From the IMG/VR virus record IMGVR_UViG_3300050821_006280, positions 32,001 to 96,000 of that record: a stretch of 64,000 bases of DNA. The stretch is one strand, 5' to 3'. Position numbers and translations under genes: made by a program. Below, piece by piece: positions 46,801 through 56,625 of this stretch; within the stretch, counting starts at the first letter, position 1; every line of letters begins with the position of its first letter. The DNA is from a virus. The notes beneath the pieces are model-generated. The model ran no database searches. It saw nothing but the letters and a program-made list of their open reading frames with translations, and was not told the origin of the DNA.

Positions 46801-49800
46801 AACTAATACCCAGGGCGCTGCCCTTAGAATTGGAACCTACGATGCCGATGGAACCGGCACGTCGATGGCGTCGGTACAACCAACAGAAGTCGGGTCATCT
46901 CAGTGGGTCGAGTATTTCAGAGGGTTTGCCAACTCATTAACGTCTCGCTTAGATCAAGTATACGCGATGGGTTGGAACATCAACTCCAACGGGTACAATC
47001 TCAATAGCGGTGATACTGCTCTCCAGGATATCTGGGAAGCCTACTATGAACCTGGTCAGGTCGGCGCCTCCCAGATGGAGCGCCATCTTCAGTTTGTCAA
47101 TCTAGCCGGAACCGCTTTTAGGCCTTTCTCGTTTTTGATGAGACGGGATATCGATTTCATTACGTCCCTCTCGCAGGTCTCGTCAGCTACGTGGTCCGAT
47201 CTGTTCGGGAACACTCTCTTGAGCGTTGTTGGGCAAGGCCTTGCTGCAACGAATGCAGCGCCTGGACAGTCAGGCGGAGCTGCCCTTCTTAATGGTGGCC
47301 CAGGCGGTGCTGGATCGGCCACTCAGCTTGGCGGAAACGGCGGCACTGTTACCATCACAGGCGGCCCCGCAGGTGCAAATTCTGGCGCCGGTACGAACGC
47401 ACCTGGTTATATCCTGATCGTGCCCGGTGCGGGCACCGGGGCGGTTGGCAGTAATAGCCTCGGAGTCAATGCAGGTCAGGTCCAGATAAGGGGTATCGCT
47501 GGCGGTGCGGGGACAGCGACTGCTCCAGGAGGACAGGGCAGTGGAGTCTTCGTCAATGGTGGTAATGCCGGCACAAACAATGGTGGCGGATCATCCCTCG
47601 GTGGGCAGATCCAGCTTCAAACAGGACCGGGCGCGGCTGCTAACGGCTCCAGCGGTGGCACACAAGGCGGAGCGCTTGGTCTAACTGGTGGCGCAGGCGG
47701 TGCGGGCTCCGCGACAGGAAGCGCTTCTGTTGGTGCTTATCTAACATTTACTGGAGGGGTGGGCGGTGCGTCTGGTGGCTTTTCAGCTGGTGGTCAGGGT
47801 GGTGCCGTTATTAGCAAAGGCGGCGCGGGTGGACTTGCGTCTGGATCACAGTCTGGAGGTCGAGGTGGTGAAGTTGATCTAATCGCTGGCACCGGTGGCG
47901 CAGCAGCGATAGGGGCTGGCGCTGGAGGTACGGGAGGTCCAGCCTTCGCCGAAGGTGGAGTTGGTGGAGCTGGCACAGCAAGCGGTGCGGCAGGAAGTGG
48001 CGGCGCCATCACCGTTCTCGGTGGTTCGGCTGGGGCGAATGGCGGAGCAGGTGGTGCAAACGGAGGGAATGCAACTTTCGATGCAGGTGCTGGATCTGGT
48101 GCTGGAATTGGCGGGGTTGTCCAGATAGCTAATGCCAACGCAAGTAGCTTTACTATCGGCGGTACCAATGTAACAGCTAGTTCGACCGTCAGCACTGGAA
48201 GTACATCTACTCTGACGATTCAAGGCGGGGTTTCTGGAGGCATACTCGATCTCCGTGCTCCGCTCGGTACCGTTAATGTTGGTGATATCTCAGCAACGAC
48301 CCTGAATCTAGGAAACGGCACAACCACCGTTTCTCAAAATGGCGCGACTTACACAGGAACGCTGACTGCCCCTTCAACGGTTGGGACTGTTGGTGGAGCA
48401 TGGGCGGAAACTGCTGCAACAGGAGGAGCTGGATCTAGCGTCACAGCTGGCGGTACTGGTGGCACATGGACTGCTACGTCTGGCGCGGGTGGTGCTGGAG
48501 GCACTTCTGGAAATGGTGGCAACGCTGGAAACGCGACTGTTACGGGAGGAACTGGTGGTGCGGCCGGGACAGTCTCTGGTACGGGCGGAGCTGGCGGGCA
48601 AGTCTCTCTTCTTAGTGGTGTTGGAGGTGCCGCATCTACTGGTACAGGTGCGGGTGGTGCGGGTGGTCTTGTTCAACTTATTGCCAACACCGGTGGAGCC
48701 TCTTCAGCGACCGGAAACGGTGGGGCGGGCGGTGGAGTTACGATTCTGTCTGGTTCTGGTGCCAACGCTACAGCGAATGGTGGAACTGGCGGAGGTGCGG
48801 GAAGTATCACGCTGACAGCGGGAACAGCGGGAACTGGCAACGCGACCGGCAATGTTTCAGGTGGCAACGCCGGCAATATCAACTTCAACGCCTCGGCAGC
48901 AGCTAATGCCGCTGGCAGCGCGAACGCAACCATTGCGGGATCTGTATTCGCTACAGCCGGCGCGGGTGGAAATGCAGCAGCCAGTGGTGGTGCCGCAACT
49001 GGCGGAGGATCATTTACTGGGACTGCTGGCGCTGGTGGCACTGGCGCTGTTTCAGTCAATGCTGGTGTCGGTGGAGTAGCCTCTGTCATTGGTGGTGTTG
49101 GTGGTAACTCTGGCAGCTCTGCGTCGTCGCCTGGTACGGGAGGAAATGCCAACGTCACTGGTGGCAACGGTGGGAGTGCCAATACCGGCGGCGGTGCCGT
49201 CGGTGGTACGGGAGGGACGATCAACGTCACGGCCGGTATTGGTGGACTTGGCGATGCTGCAAACAACACAGCGGCTGGAGTTGGTGGTCCAGCAAATGTT
49301 AAGTCTGGTGCAGGTGGAGCGGCTGGAACTGGAACTGGCGCCGCTGGCGCTGGTGGTCTTCTAACTGTTCAAGGTGGTATTGGTGGGGCCTCTTCAGCGA
49401 CTGGTGCTGGCGGTGCTGGTGGTGGTGTAGTCGTACAAGGCGGCACTGGTGCCAATGCAACAGCAAGCGGTGGAGCTGGAGGAGCCGCAGGCTCCGTCAC
49501 AATTACAGCCGGAAATCCCGGTAACGGAAATGCGACGGGCAATGTCGCTGGTGGTGTCGGCGGAAATCTAAATCTAAAAAGCAGCCCCGGAGCAAATGCA
49601 GCTGGCGCTGCCAACGCTACTGCTCCTGGTGCGCTTTCAGCTACGGCAGGAGCTGGCGGTAACGCGTCGACGACTAGTGGAACGGCGTCGATCGGAGGAA
49701 CTTTCTCTGCCACAGGTGGAGCTGGTGGCGCTGGCTCAACAGCACTTATTGGCGCAGCCGGTGGTACTGCTTCTGTTACAGCAGGAGCTGGCGGAGCTTC

Positions 49801-52800
49801 TGGCGCTTCGGGTGGTTTTGGATCTGGTGCTGGTGGTGCTGTCTCACTGGTGAGTGGAGCTGGAGGCACGAACACCTCTGGTCCTGGCGGGGCCGGTGGT
49901 GCCGTCAACATTACTGGTGGTGCGCCAGCAGCTGGTGACGCTTCGAGTGCTGCTGGTGCAACTGGGACGATCACCATTCAGAGCGCTAGTGGTGGAACCA
50001 ACAACGGTGGCGGTGGCTCTGCTGGTGGTGCAATCAATATCCTTTCAGGGAACGGTTCTGCGGCAAACGGAGCAAGTGTTGCTCAAGCCGCCGGCACAAT
50101 CCAAATCTTGCCAGGTGTCGGCGGTGCAGGTTCTGCGAGTGTCGGCGGAGGTACTGGCGGCAATGGTCTGCTTAAAGGCGGCGCTGGTGGTGTGGCTTCA
50201 AGTGGTGGTGTCGGCGGAACAGGTGGTCAAGCAAACGTCCAAGCTGGCGCAGGTGGTGCCGCTGGAACTAGTAATGGTGGTGTTGGTGGTCAGGTAAGTA
50301 TCAATTCTGGTGCGGGTGGCGCTGCATCAGCAAGTGGTGGTGTTGGTGGTGCGGGGGGAATCGTACTTATCCAATCGGGTGCTGGCGGCGCCGGAGTTGC
50401 TGGCTCCAACATCGCCGGTGGACTCGGTGGAAACCTAACCGTTGTTGGTGGTACTGGCGCTGCTGTTGCTGGAAGCGCTGCTGCTAAGAATGGTGGCTCA
50501 TTCCAAGCACAGGGTGGAACTGGCGGCGCCGGTAACACAGGAAGCGCCGCAGCTGGAACAGGTGGTCCCGCTACACTTCTTGGCGGTGCGGGCGGCGTAT
50601 CAAGTGCGACCAGTGCCGGAGGTTCAGGAGGAGGCACATTCGTCACTGGTGGCCCTGGCGCGAATGCGACTGCGTCTGGCGGTGGGGCAGGTAATGGTGG
50701 TGGTGTAGCCATAGTAGGTGGCGGATCCGGTGCAGGAAACGCCACCGGCAACGTCGGCGGCGGGGCAGGCGGTGTCGTTACGATCAACGGCGGAGCCAGT
50801 GCTGCTGCGGCTGGTAGCGCTAATGCGATAACTGGATCCACTGTATCTTTGACGGGCGGTACCGGTGGAGCTGCTGGTGCTGGCACGGGCACTGGTGCAC
50901 CTGGTGGTGGAACAACCGTTGCTTCAGGCGCGGGTGGCGCAGGCAGCGCGACGGCCACTGGTGGTGCGGGTGGTGAGCTTCTTCTCAATTCGGCAGCAGG
51001 AGGTACTAACAGTGGATCAGGAGGCGGTGCAGCTGGGCAAGTAACAATCAGTGCGTCAAACGGTACAGCCGCTAGCAGTGCCTCTGCTGCGACAGCCGGT
51101 GGTGCTATCGTCTTCAATTCCAGCCTGCACGCGGCACTACAGGGAACGGGCGGGGCCGGAGGGACCACTACTGGCGGCGGAGCTGGTGGTGCTGTCACCG
51201 TCAATACTGGTGTCGGTGGCGTAGCAGGATCGACCTCTGGTAACGCGGGAGCTGGTGGCGCCTTCAGTGTCGTCTCGGGCAATGGCGGCGCCGCTGCGGC
51301 TGGAACAGGAACGAGCGGAGCTGGCGGTATCATCTCTCTCAATGCCGGCAACGCAGGCGCTGCTTCTTCAACTGGCGCTGGTGGTCTTGGTGGATCTATC
51401 ACGATCCAGTCTGGTGCTGGTGCTGCGGCAAGTGGGACCAGCAACGGCAGTGCCGCGGGTGGAATCTCCATCCAAGCGAATAACAGCGGCGCTGCGGCAT
51501 CTGGTGGAGGTACCGCTGGTGCTGGTCCCACACTGACTGTTCAGTCCGGCAATGGCGGTGCCGGCGCTGGTGCTGTTGGCGGCGGTAACGGCGGCGTCGT
51601 TGCAATCACTGGCGGCAACGGCGGTGCTGGTGGCACTACCGTTGCTGGCGCTCCTGGTGGTGCAGTTCAATCAATCGGCGGTATCGGTGGAACCGCGGGA
51701 ACCACGTCGGGTACTGGCGGTCTTGGTGGCACAGGTCTAGTCAGAGGTGGTGTTGGCGGGGCGGCTGCTGCTGGCAGCGGGGCGGCAGGCAATGGCGGTC
51801 CTGCGAACATTCAAGGCGGAGCCGGCGGAGCTTCCTCGACAACAGGAGCTGGAGGCAATGGCGGCGCTGCAACGCTCACTGGCGGTGCTGGCGCAGCGGG
51901 TACATCAGGAAGCAACATTTCTGGAGGTATCGGCGGAGACATCACTCTTACGACCGGTGCAGGTGCTGCGGCAGCCGGTACTGCCGTCGGTACCTCTTCT
52001 GGAAACGTAAACGTCAGCATCGGAACAGCAGGAGCTGCTGGCGCAAGTGCTGGTGGCGGAGCTGCCGGTACGATCACTCTGACAGCTGGCACTGGTGCCG
52101 CGGCTGGCAGTGGATCATCTAACGCAACAGCTGGTGGTGTTGCTCAAATGTTTGGTGGTTCGGGCGGGGCTGCATCAACAGGAACTGGTGTAGGTGCTAT
52201 TGGAGGTACAGCTTCACTTATAGGCGGCGCTGGTGGCGCTGCATCAACAGGAACTGGAGCGGCTGGCACCGGCGGCCAAGCAAGAGTAACCGGCGGTGCT
52301 GGTGGTGCATCAACTTCAACTGGTTCTGGTGGTTCTGGTGGTTCTGTCTTAATAAGCGGCGGCGCTGGCGCAGCAGGTAGTGCTGGAACTAATATTTCTG
52401 GCGGTGTAGGCGGTGGCGTAACTATTCAAACAGGAGCTGGAGCTGCCGCAGCTGGTACTGCTGTAGGTACAGCGCCTGGATCTGTTACGATTGCAATTGG
52501 AACTGCCGGTGCTTCAGGTGCCAGTGCTGCTGGTGGTGCAGCCGGAACGGTCTCGATCACCGCTGGGACTGGTGCAGCAGCTGGGACAGGATCAAGCAAC
52601 GCCACTGCGGGCGGTACACTAACAGAGGCAGCCGGCGCAGGTGGAGCAGCGAACGCGACAGGAACTGGTACGGCAGCAGCAGGTGGTGCCTGGTCTGCGA
52701 GTGGTGGAGCTGGAGGCGCAGGAGCTGCTGGAAATACTGCTGGCGCAACAGGTGGCGCTGCATCTGTCATTGGCGGGGCTGGTGGCGCTGGGTCTGGAGC

Positions 52801-53329
52801 TGGCAATCCAGGTGGCGGCGGTCAAGTAAACATTACTGGCGGCGCTGCCGGGACTGGCGGCAGTGGCAATGCGAGCGGTGCCAATGTTGTGATCCGTGGT
52901 GGTCTCAAGGCTGGGACTGGTGCCAATGGCACCGTGACCATCGGTGACACGAATACTGCTGCCGTGAATATTGGTGCCACTGGCATCACGGCCACGATTC
53001 TCGGTGCTCTAAAAGTCAATCAGGGCTTTGGCGGAAATCTTCGCACTGCTGCCTCGACGGTCTCTATCGCCAACACCGATGGCTTTGTCGGAGTAACAGG
53101 AAGCGGGGCTCGCACCGTCAATTTGCCAGCCGCGAACACCGTCATTGTTGGCTTTGAACTTATTATCCAGGAAGTCGGGAATAGCTCTGGTACAATTACG
53201 ATCAATCCATCCGGGGCTGATAATATCAATGGTGCAAATGCGGCCATCACCATTGCGGCTGCGTTCGGGAGAAAGACGTTGGTCAGCGACGGTGCTTCCA
53301 ACTGGTATGTGAATACTGGAGTTGCATGA
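43895..53329 (+). CDS. Giant (3144 aa) Gly/Ala/Thr-rich fibre-like protein
   Basis: N-terminal IYVRPTGNDTTGDG..PFRT-type beta-helix head; ~2000 aa of GGxGG-xVxIx-GG repeats; fibre-type C-terminus VNLPAA...LVSDGASNW. Confidence 0.8.
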   Translation: MNGKIPIQGTLTADGTFPIANGAIQVPSQAGSRQVIYVRPTGNDTTGDGKTPGTAFRTVQFALDTIPVLQRSVSYVVDITGINDANQAIKVPPYASDKQISFNFSPPSPMQLYEGYVTLLAQPTVAATLNTGTTTISSDPITGMSIVTDTSQSWTVDQWKNSLVAGGSLFEGGIVEHNTATQLFIAGSVFSTPVHLLTPGATLTGASNVPTISITNVHAPFVISGISVQNANANTGAIQANSCDFVVLDACITNELIIGLNGACDSILIFGSFILGASGTSLTDMIITSGTIDIQRSYIRNSTPSFTCQSVNFTFCGLENVRFADATTSSPPFVDIFGLHMVGQGLLVMGQCSIADIKVDNATNGGSPHQNPNGSGIIVFGGGVLDIAGDGGNVGGSGNQGYGLEIQAGGSAFFQSGHVPTTGTLTITGTLGDWAVGRRAGTWTTLAANHPVWTVFDPSTRSSMAPNAGAEITPLFESYATSGRPAATTVAIGVVIRDTTKNTFSFSDGTGWNDLAVSPAGGYLPLAGGTMTGAIDSASNLQLGTTTATNISIGNSSSSTTLSGVIASDLSFVKETARNLGIATSTTIGAAGPTLSINGATSAAASAGAAAGQAGLLALVGGVGGTSSSTQAAGSGGDISIIAGAAGLNALGGGAAARGGNLVLDSGAGGTVNGSITIGATNALSIGVGRSGSTTTFSGAITFPAGSIAIAALTADTIVIAAGTGLSGGGSGTLGGSAPALSVVYGTATNTATQGNDSRLPPAPSQLGNLIYDTGSAYATVARGAANTVLLGQGAASPSFGAVPNAALQNSSITVSGSTGLSVTGSPVSLGGTLTLTNSGVTSNVAGAGIAVSGATGAVTISIPSGAVTTGMLANGAYVQLSPGSQQTGSSNISSTSEADGGFLGPSLTALSGSNLTMSSAGAQTTTVQGGAAGGILDLFSPTGTINIGTGTEATINVGNAAAKLSILGTNTQGAALRIGTYDADGTGTSMASVQPTEVGSSQWVEYFRGFANSLTSRLDQVYAMGWNINSNGYNLNSGDTALQDIWEAYYEPGQVGASQMERHLQFVNLAGTAFRPFSFLMRRDIDFITSLSQVSSATWSDLFGNTLLSVVGQGLAATNAAPGQSGGAALLNGGPGGAGSATQLGGNGGTVTITGGPAGANSGAGTNAPGYILIVPGAGTGAVGSNSLGVNAGQVQIRGIAGGAGTATAPGGQGSGVFVNGGNAGTNNGGGSSLGGQIQLQTGPGAAANGSSGGTQGGALGLTGGAGGAGSATGSASVGAYLTFTGGVGGASGGFSAGGQGGAVISKGGAGGLASGSQSGGRGGEVDLIAGTGGAAAIGAGAGGTGGPAFAEGGVGGAGTASGAAGSGGAITVLGGSAGANGGAGGANGGNATFDAGAGSGAGIGGVVQIANANASSFTIGGTNVTASSTVSTGSTSTLTIQGGVSGGILDLRAPLGTVNVGDISATTLNLGNGTTTVSQNGATYTGTLTAPSTVGTVGGAWAETAATGGAGSSVTAGGTGGTWTATSGAGGAGGTSGNGGNAGNATVTGGTGGAAGTVSGTGGAGGQVSLLSGVGGAASTGTGAGGAGGLVQLIANTGGASSATGNGGAGGGVTILSGSGANATANGGTGGGAGSITLTAGTAGTGNATGNVSGGNAGNINFNASAAANAAGSANATIAGSVFATAGAGGNAAASGGAATGGGSFTGTAGAGGTGAVSVNAGVGGVASVIGGVGGNSGSSASSPGTGGNANVTGGNGGSANTGGGAVGGTGGTINVTAGIGGLGDAANNTAAGVGGPANVKSGAGGAAGTGTGAAGAGGLLTVQGGIGGASSATGAGGAGGGVVVQGGTGANATASGGAGGAAGSVTITAGNPGNGNATGNVAGGVGGNLNLKSSPGANAAGAANATAPGALSATAGAGGNASTTSGTASIGGTFSATGGAGGAGSTALIGAAGGTASVTAGAGGASGASGGFGSGAGGAVSLVSGAGGTNTSGPGGAGGAVNITGGAPAAGDASSAAGATGTITIQSASGGTNNGGGGSAGGAINILSGNGSAANGASVAQAAGTIQILPGVGGAGSASVGGGTGGNGLLKGGAGGVASSGGVGGTGGQANVQAGAGGAAGTSNGGVGGQVSINSGAGGAASASGGVGGAGGIVLIQSGAGGAGVAGSNIAGGLGGNLTVVGGTGAAVAGSAAAKNGGSFQAQGGTGGAGNTGSAAAGTGGPATLLGGAGGVSSATSAGGSGGGTFVTGGPGANATASGGGAGNGGGVAIVGGGSGAGNATGNVGGGAGGVVTINGGASAAAAGSANAITGSTVSLTGGTGGAAGAGTGTGAPGGGTTVASGAGGAGSATATGGAGGELLLNSAAGGTNSGSGGGAAGQVTISASNGTAASSASAATAGGAIVFNSSLHAALQGTGGAGGTTTGGGAGGAVTVNTGVGGVAGSTSGNAGAGGAFSVVSGNGGAAAAGTGTSGAGGIISLNAGNAGAASSTGAGGLGGSITIQSGAGAAASGTSNGSAAGGISIQANNSGAAASGGGTAGAGPTLTVQSGNGGAGAGAVGGGNGGVVAITGGNGGAGGTTVAGAPGGAVQSIGGIGGTAGTTSGTGGLGGTGLVRGGVGGAAAAGSGAAGNGGPANIQGGAGGASSTTGAGGNGGAATLTGGAGAAGTSGSNISGGIGGDITLTTGAGAAAAGTAVGTSSGNVNVSIGTAGAAGASAGGGAAGTITLTAGTGAAAGSGSSNATAGGVAQMFGGSGGAASTGTGVGAIGGTASLIGGAGGAASTGTGAAGTGGQARVTGGAGGASTSTGSGGSGGSVLISGGAGAAGSAGTNISGGVGGGVTIQTGAGAAAAGTAVGTAPGSVTIAIGTAGASGASAAGGAAGTVSITAGTGAAAGTGSSNATAGGTLTEAAGAGGAANATGTGTAAAGGAWSASGGAGGAGAAGNTAGATGGAASVIGGAGGAGSGAGNPGGGGQVNITGGAAGTGGSGNASGANVVIRGGLKAGTGANGTVTIGDTNTAAVNIGATGITATILGALKVNQGFGGNLRTAASTVSIANTDGFVGVTGSGARTVNLPAANTVIVGFELIIQEVGNSSGTITINPSGADNINGANAAITIAAAFGRKTLVSDGASNWYVNTGVA

Positions 53330-53379
53330 TCCCACGTCATCAATTTGCATTCAGGCTGATCACCCTCAGGAGAGCCTTC

Positions 53380-55137
53380 ATGATGAAGTTTCTTTATACC
53401 TCTTTCGTCTTCGTGGTCTTTGGATGCACCTCTGGTTACGCGCCAAGTAACAATCCGCGATTATTGAATATCGATGTCACGAAGAGTCCGTATCTTGCTG
53501 TTGCAGATGGAATGACCCACGACTCGGCCGCCATCCAGGCTGCTATCAACGCAGCGTGTGCCACACCGCCCCTTGGCAATCTCTTAACTCCGCCGCCAAT
53601 CGATTTCCCGGAAGGTGAATATTTAGAGGATATGCCACTGATCGTTCCTTGTGACAACATGACCCTTCAGGGTACTGGTGGAGCTAATAACTCCCATATA
53701 CGAGATGTCTTTGGATGGGGTCCGATGATTGCGGTTCTACCTCATAACTACCCCGGAGTGCCAACAGTTCCAAGTTTTCTCCCAGACGGTGGCAATTCTC
53801 TCGCACTTCCGGCCGATGATACTATGTGGTTCAACTTGCGCGCCGATATGATGCCTGTAGCCATCGAGACAAATGGGCTACCCAGCCTGACTGTCGAGGC
53901 GTACATCAAGCCGAAGGCGCTGCCTGGCGGTCCGGCCAGCATCATCACATCAAGCGGGCGTTCAGCACTATCTAAGCCAGTCTCCTTCGCCTTCTCGCTT
54001 TACACGTCGGGGGCATTCATCGGTGCGCTCATGACTGTCGGTGGCCACCAGTATCAGCTCATGGGCCCAACAAGCAATCTTGTTGTTGGCGTTCCTGCCC
54101 ACGTGGCTGTCGACTACGACGGCGCGATGATCCGCCTCTACGCGAATGGTGTGGTGGTCGCAAGCCAGGCCGCGACTGGCACCATCACGCAGGGACCGTT
54201 CGAGGACGTTACCCTCGGTCCCGCTATGCAGGACAGTGAGACGACCTTCCTTTGGGAAGCCTTTCAGGGCTACATCGACTCGGTCCGCATCAGCAACACC
54301 GCGCTCTACGCGGGTACATGCGCGCCCACTTTTCACAAACTCGGCGCCAGTTCCAGCACGATGGTGCTCTTGAATTGGGGGAATCAGGTTGGCGCTCTGG
54401 CGCAGGGTCTCAGCGCGCTCGGCGGCTGGGGCTGGCTCCAGATGCGCGCGAACGGAAATTACGCGCAGTCATCGGTTACGATCCAGCACCTGAAGATAGA
54501 TGGCGTGACCTACGGAACCCCCTTGTTTATGTCGTTCAATCACAACTACACCCTCTCGGATCTCGAGTTGGATTGCGGTGGAGAGGACTGTTTGGTCCTC
54601 GCGAACAACGACTATGAGGGGAAAATAGATAACGTGAGGATCTTAGGTGGTCCGCGAATTGGCTTGCTGGCGGCCATCGCGGCGGGAGTGATCCAAATCG
54701 ATGCGCTTCGATTTGTCGGCGGCATGTATCAGCTGGTCATCACAAATGGGTCAGTACTGTTGAATCAGCCGTACTTCGGTGGTTCCGCGAATACACAGAT
54801 CAGTGCCGTTTTGAAGAGCATCAACATCAGCGTGCAGATGGATCAACCACTATTCGATGCTGAGTCTGCTGGCGGTCCGACCTATCGACCGATGTTGCTG
54901 TCAGGCACCGCAGGTGCTGAGCTGAACATGATTACCTCTGATATGACATCCCACAACAATCTGCCGCCGATCGAAGTCGATATGTGGGACAACGCAACCT
55001 TCATCGGTAGCGCTTTCACTCTGTCTGGCCAGGAGCCAGAAGTCTTTCAGCTGGACTCGCCACATGCGCTCTCGATGCCCCTGACTCTGATAAGCACATG
55101 GCAAAAGAATGGAATGCATGTTCCCTGGACCAACTAA
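53380..55137 (+). CDS. Predicted lipoprotein with pectate-lyase-like beta-helix and LamG domains
   Basis: Signal peptide ending VVFGC; YLAVADGMTHDSAAIQAAINAA..IDFPEGEY; HVAVDYDGAMIRLYANG...FQGYIDSVRIS. Confidence 0.75.
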   Translation: MMKFLYTSFVFVVFGCTSGYAPSNNPRLLNIDVTKSPYLAVADGMTHDSAAIQAAINAACATPPLGNLLTPPPIDFPEGEYLEDMPLIVPCDNMTLQGTGGANNSHIRDVFGWGPMIAVLPHNYPGVPTVPSFLPDGGNSLALPADDTMWFNLRADMMPVAIETNGLPSLTVEAYIKPKALPGGPASIITSSGRSALSKPVSFAFSLYTSGAFIGALMTVGGHQYQLMGPTSNLVVGVPAHVAVDYDGAMIRLYANGVVVASQAATGTITQGPFEDVTLGPAMQDSETTFLWEAFQGYIDSVRISNTALYAGTCAPTFHKLGASSSTMVLLNWGNQVGALAQGLSALGGWGWLQMRANGNYAQSSVTIQHLKIDGVTYGTPLFMSFNHNYTLSDLELDCGGEDCLVLANNDYEGKIDNVRILGGPRIGLLAAIAAGVIQIDALRFVGGMYQLVITNGSVLLNQPYFGGSANTQISAVLKSINISVQMDQPLFDAESAGGPTYRPMLLSGTAGAELNMITSDMTSHNNLPPIEVDMWDNATFIGSAFTLSGQEPEVFQLDSPHALSMPLTLISTWQKNGMHVPWTN

Positions 55138-55147
55138 AGGCGAAACC

Positions 55148-55522
55148 ATGAAACGCGCACTATTAGCCGTATTGATTTTCTCGGCATGTTCGAGTAACCG
55201 ACCAAATACGATCACTCAGCCATGGGTATGTGGCTCTTATACGATGCGTGCCGAATGGGCAAAACACGGCGTCTGTTTATCTGCGTGTAAGATCATGTAC
55301 AGGCAACGCGGAGCGCCCCTCTTCAATGATCCAGTGGCATTCCGTAAGGAGGGAACCGAGAGAGACAGGTGCACGTGTATGTCAATGTTTGCTTCCGATC
55401 CGATCGCCAAGGCAGTCTACGGAGGCTCTCCGCCGTCAGGCTGGATCGACGGAGCGTCTCTGACTATCGCTCACGTTGATACTCCTCCGACACCGCCTCG
55501 TTCACCCGAATGCGCCTTCTAG
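55148..55522 (+). CDS. Predicted lipoprotein, Cys-rich
   Basis: MKRALLAVLIFSAC lipobox. Confidence 0.6.
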   Translation: MKRALLAVLIFSACSSNRPNTITQPWVCGSYTMRAEWAKHGVCLSACKIMYRQRGAPLFNDPVAFRKEGTERDRCTCMSMFASDPIAKAVYGGSPPSGWIDGASLTIAHVDTPPTPPRSPECAF

Positions 55523-55905
55523 CCCTGATCTTTCTCCTAGGATGTACGCAGGCGTTTGCGCCACAGCACGCCGCTGAAGCGGTTTCAATAGTATGGACTT
55601 CATATAAGGCCGTCGGAGAACCACCGTCGATCAACTGGCTCTTGCCGGAATGCGTGGCTCCAAAGGGCCAACATGGAATTCCATTACCTGGCACTGACGA
55701 ATGCGTGGCGAGCTATTATGAGTTCCCGCCGGAAGAATTAGCTGTCATCGCGTGGGTTGGTCAATTTCACAATACAGGTCTAGCTCATGAGCTGATGAAT
55801 TCGGTCGATTGCAGGTCGAATCCAAACTGTCTCGATGAGCAATTTATGATGAGGCAGTATCTCGTAGATAAAGCCAACGCTTCCTTGGCCGCTGCCGGGT
55901 ACTGA
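55510..55905 (+). CDS. Predicted lipoprotein with a degenerate HExxH (HELMN) motif
   Basis: MRLLALIFLLGC lipobox; GLAHELMN. Confidence 0.6.
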   Translation: MRLLALIFLLGCTQAFAPQHAAEAVSIVWTSYKAVGEPPSINWLLPECVAPKGQHGIPLPGTDECVASYYEFPPEELAVIAWVGQFHNTGLAHELMNSVDCRSNPNCLDEQFMMRQYLVDKANASLAAAGY

Positions 55906-56022
55906 TCTCTTTCGAGATTTCTGATCGTTTCCTTGTAAATTAAACATACGCGGTGCTAGCATGCCGTCGTGTCCACCCGTCGAAAACGTCGACGACCAGA
56001 TTACTGGCAAAGGAGAGGAAAG

Positions 56023-56433
56023 ATGAAGTACGTGATGATTCCAAGTCCGGTCAAGCTCGTAGAGCCAAGGACTGGAAAACCCATCAAGCAGCAGAACGAA
56101 GCCGGCGTGCTCGAAGATATTCCACCAGTGACAATGCCTGGTTGGAACAACGATTTCATCATTTCCAACCAGATGATCGGAAAGGGCGGTGACGGCATTC
56201 GTCGTGTGATCCGCCTGGAGAAAGCCTTCAAGGAAGAGAATCTGAAGGTAGCCAACGGCGTCAAGTATGCCGCGGTTGAATCTGACGATCATAAGATGGT
56301 GATGAACATCGTCAACGAGCTGACATGGCAGAATATGCTCGTTGGCAAGCAGTACTTCGTGTTCATGGAGGCCTGGGAGAAGGCGCTCGATGAGCTTCCA
56401 AAGGAAGAAGCCAAGCCAGCTGCCCAGGCCTGA
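56023..56433 (+). CDS. Hypothetical protein
   Basis: Strong AGGAGAGG RBS; 136 aa. Confidence 0.7.
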   Translation: MKYVMIPSPVKLVEPRTGKPIKQQNEAGVLEDIPPVTMPGWNNDFIISNQMIGKGGDGIRRVIRLEKAFKEENLKVANGVKYAAVESDDHKMVMNIVNELTWQNMLVGKQYFVFMEAWEKALDELPKEEAKPAAQA

Positions 56434-56476
56434 AGAAACGCCCATATATAATGGGCCGAGAGCACCTCCCGAAGTT

Positions 56477-56522
56477 TTGTCAAGAACCAACCTTGACAAA
56501 CACCCCCAGCCGACCGTAGACT
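56477..56522 (+). promoter_or_regulatory. tRNA-array promoter TTGACA-N18-TAGACT, with the -35 box inside a 9-bp inverted repeat
   Basis: TTTGTCAAG-N7-CTTGACAAA; -10 box ends ~6 nt before the first tRNA. Confidence 0.65.
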
Positions 56523-56528
56523 CTCTTT

Positions 56529-56602
56529 TGCGGACAAGAGAAACGGCAACTCACTTGGCTCATAACCAAGAGAATCAGGTTCAATTCCTGGGTCCGCAAC
56601 CA
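56529..56602 (+). tRNA. tRNA with CAT anticodon (Met; Ile2 not excluded)
   Basis: TGCGGAC/GTCCGCA acceptor, CTTGG-CTCATAA-CCAAG, encoded CCA. Confidence 0.85.
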
Positions 56603-56625
56603 AGGTAGTTTACAAGAGGAGTCTC

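Noticed and set aside
45241-53343. Long Pro/Ala-rich minus-strand ORFs
   Set aside because: They are antisense shadows of the Gly/Ala repeats in the 3144-aa gene, with no independent support.
43895-55137. Diversity-generating retroelement or invertible tail-fibre cassette
   Set aside because: No reverse transcriptase, template/variable repeat pair or invertase was found in the window.
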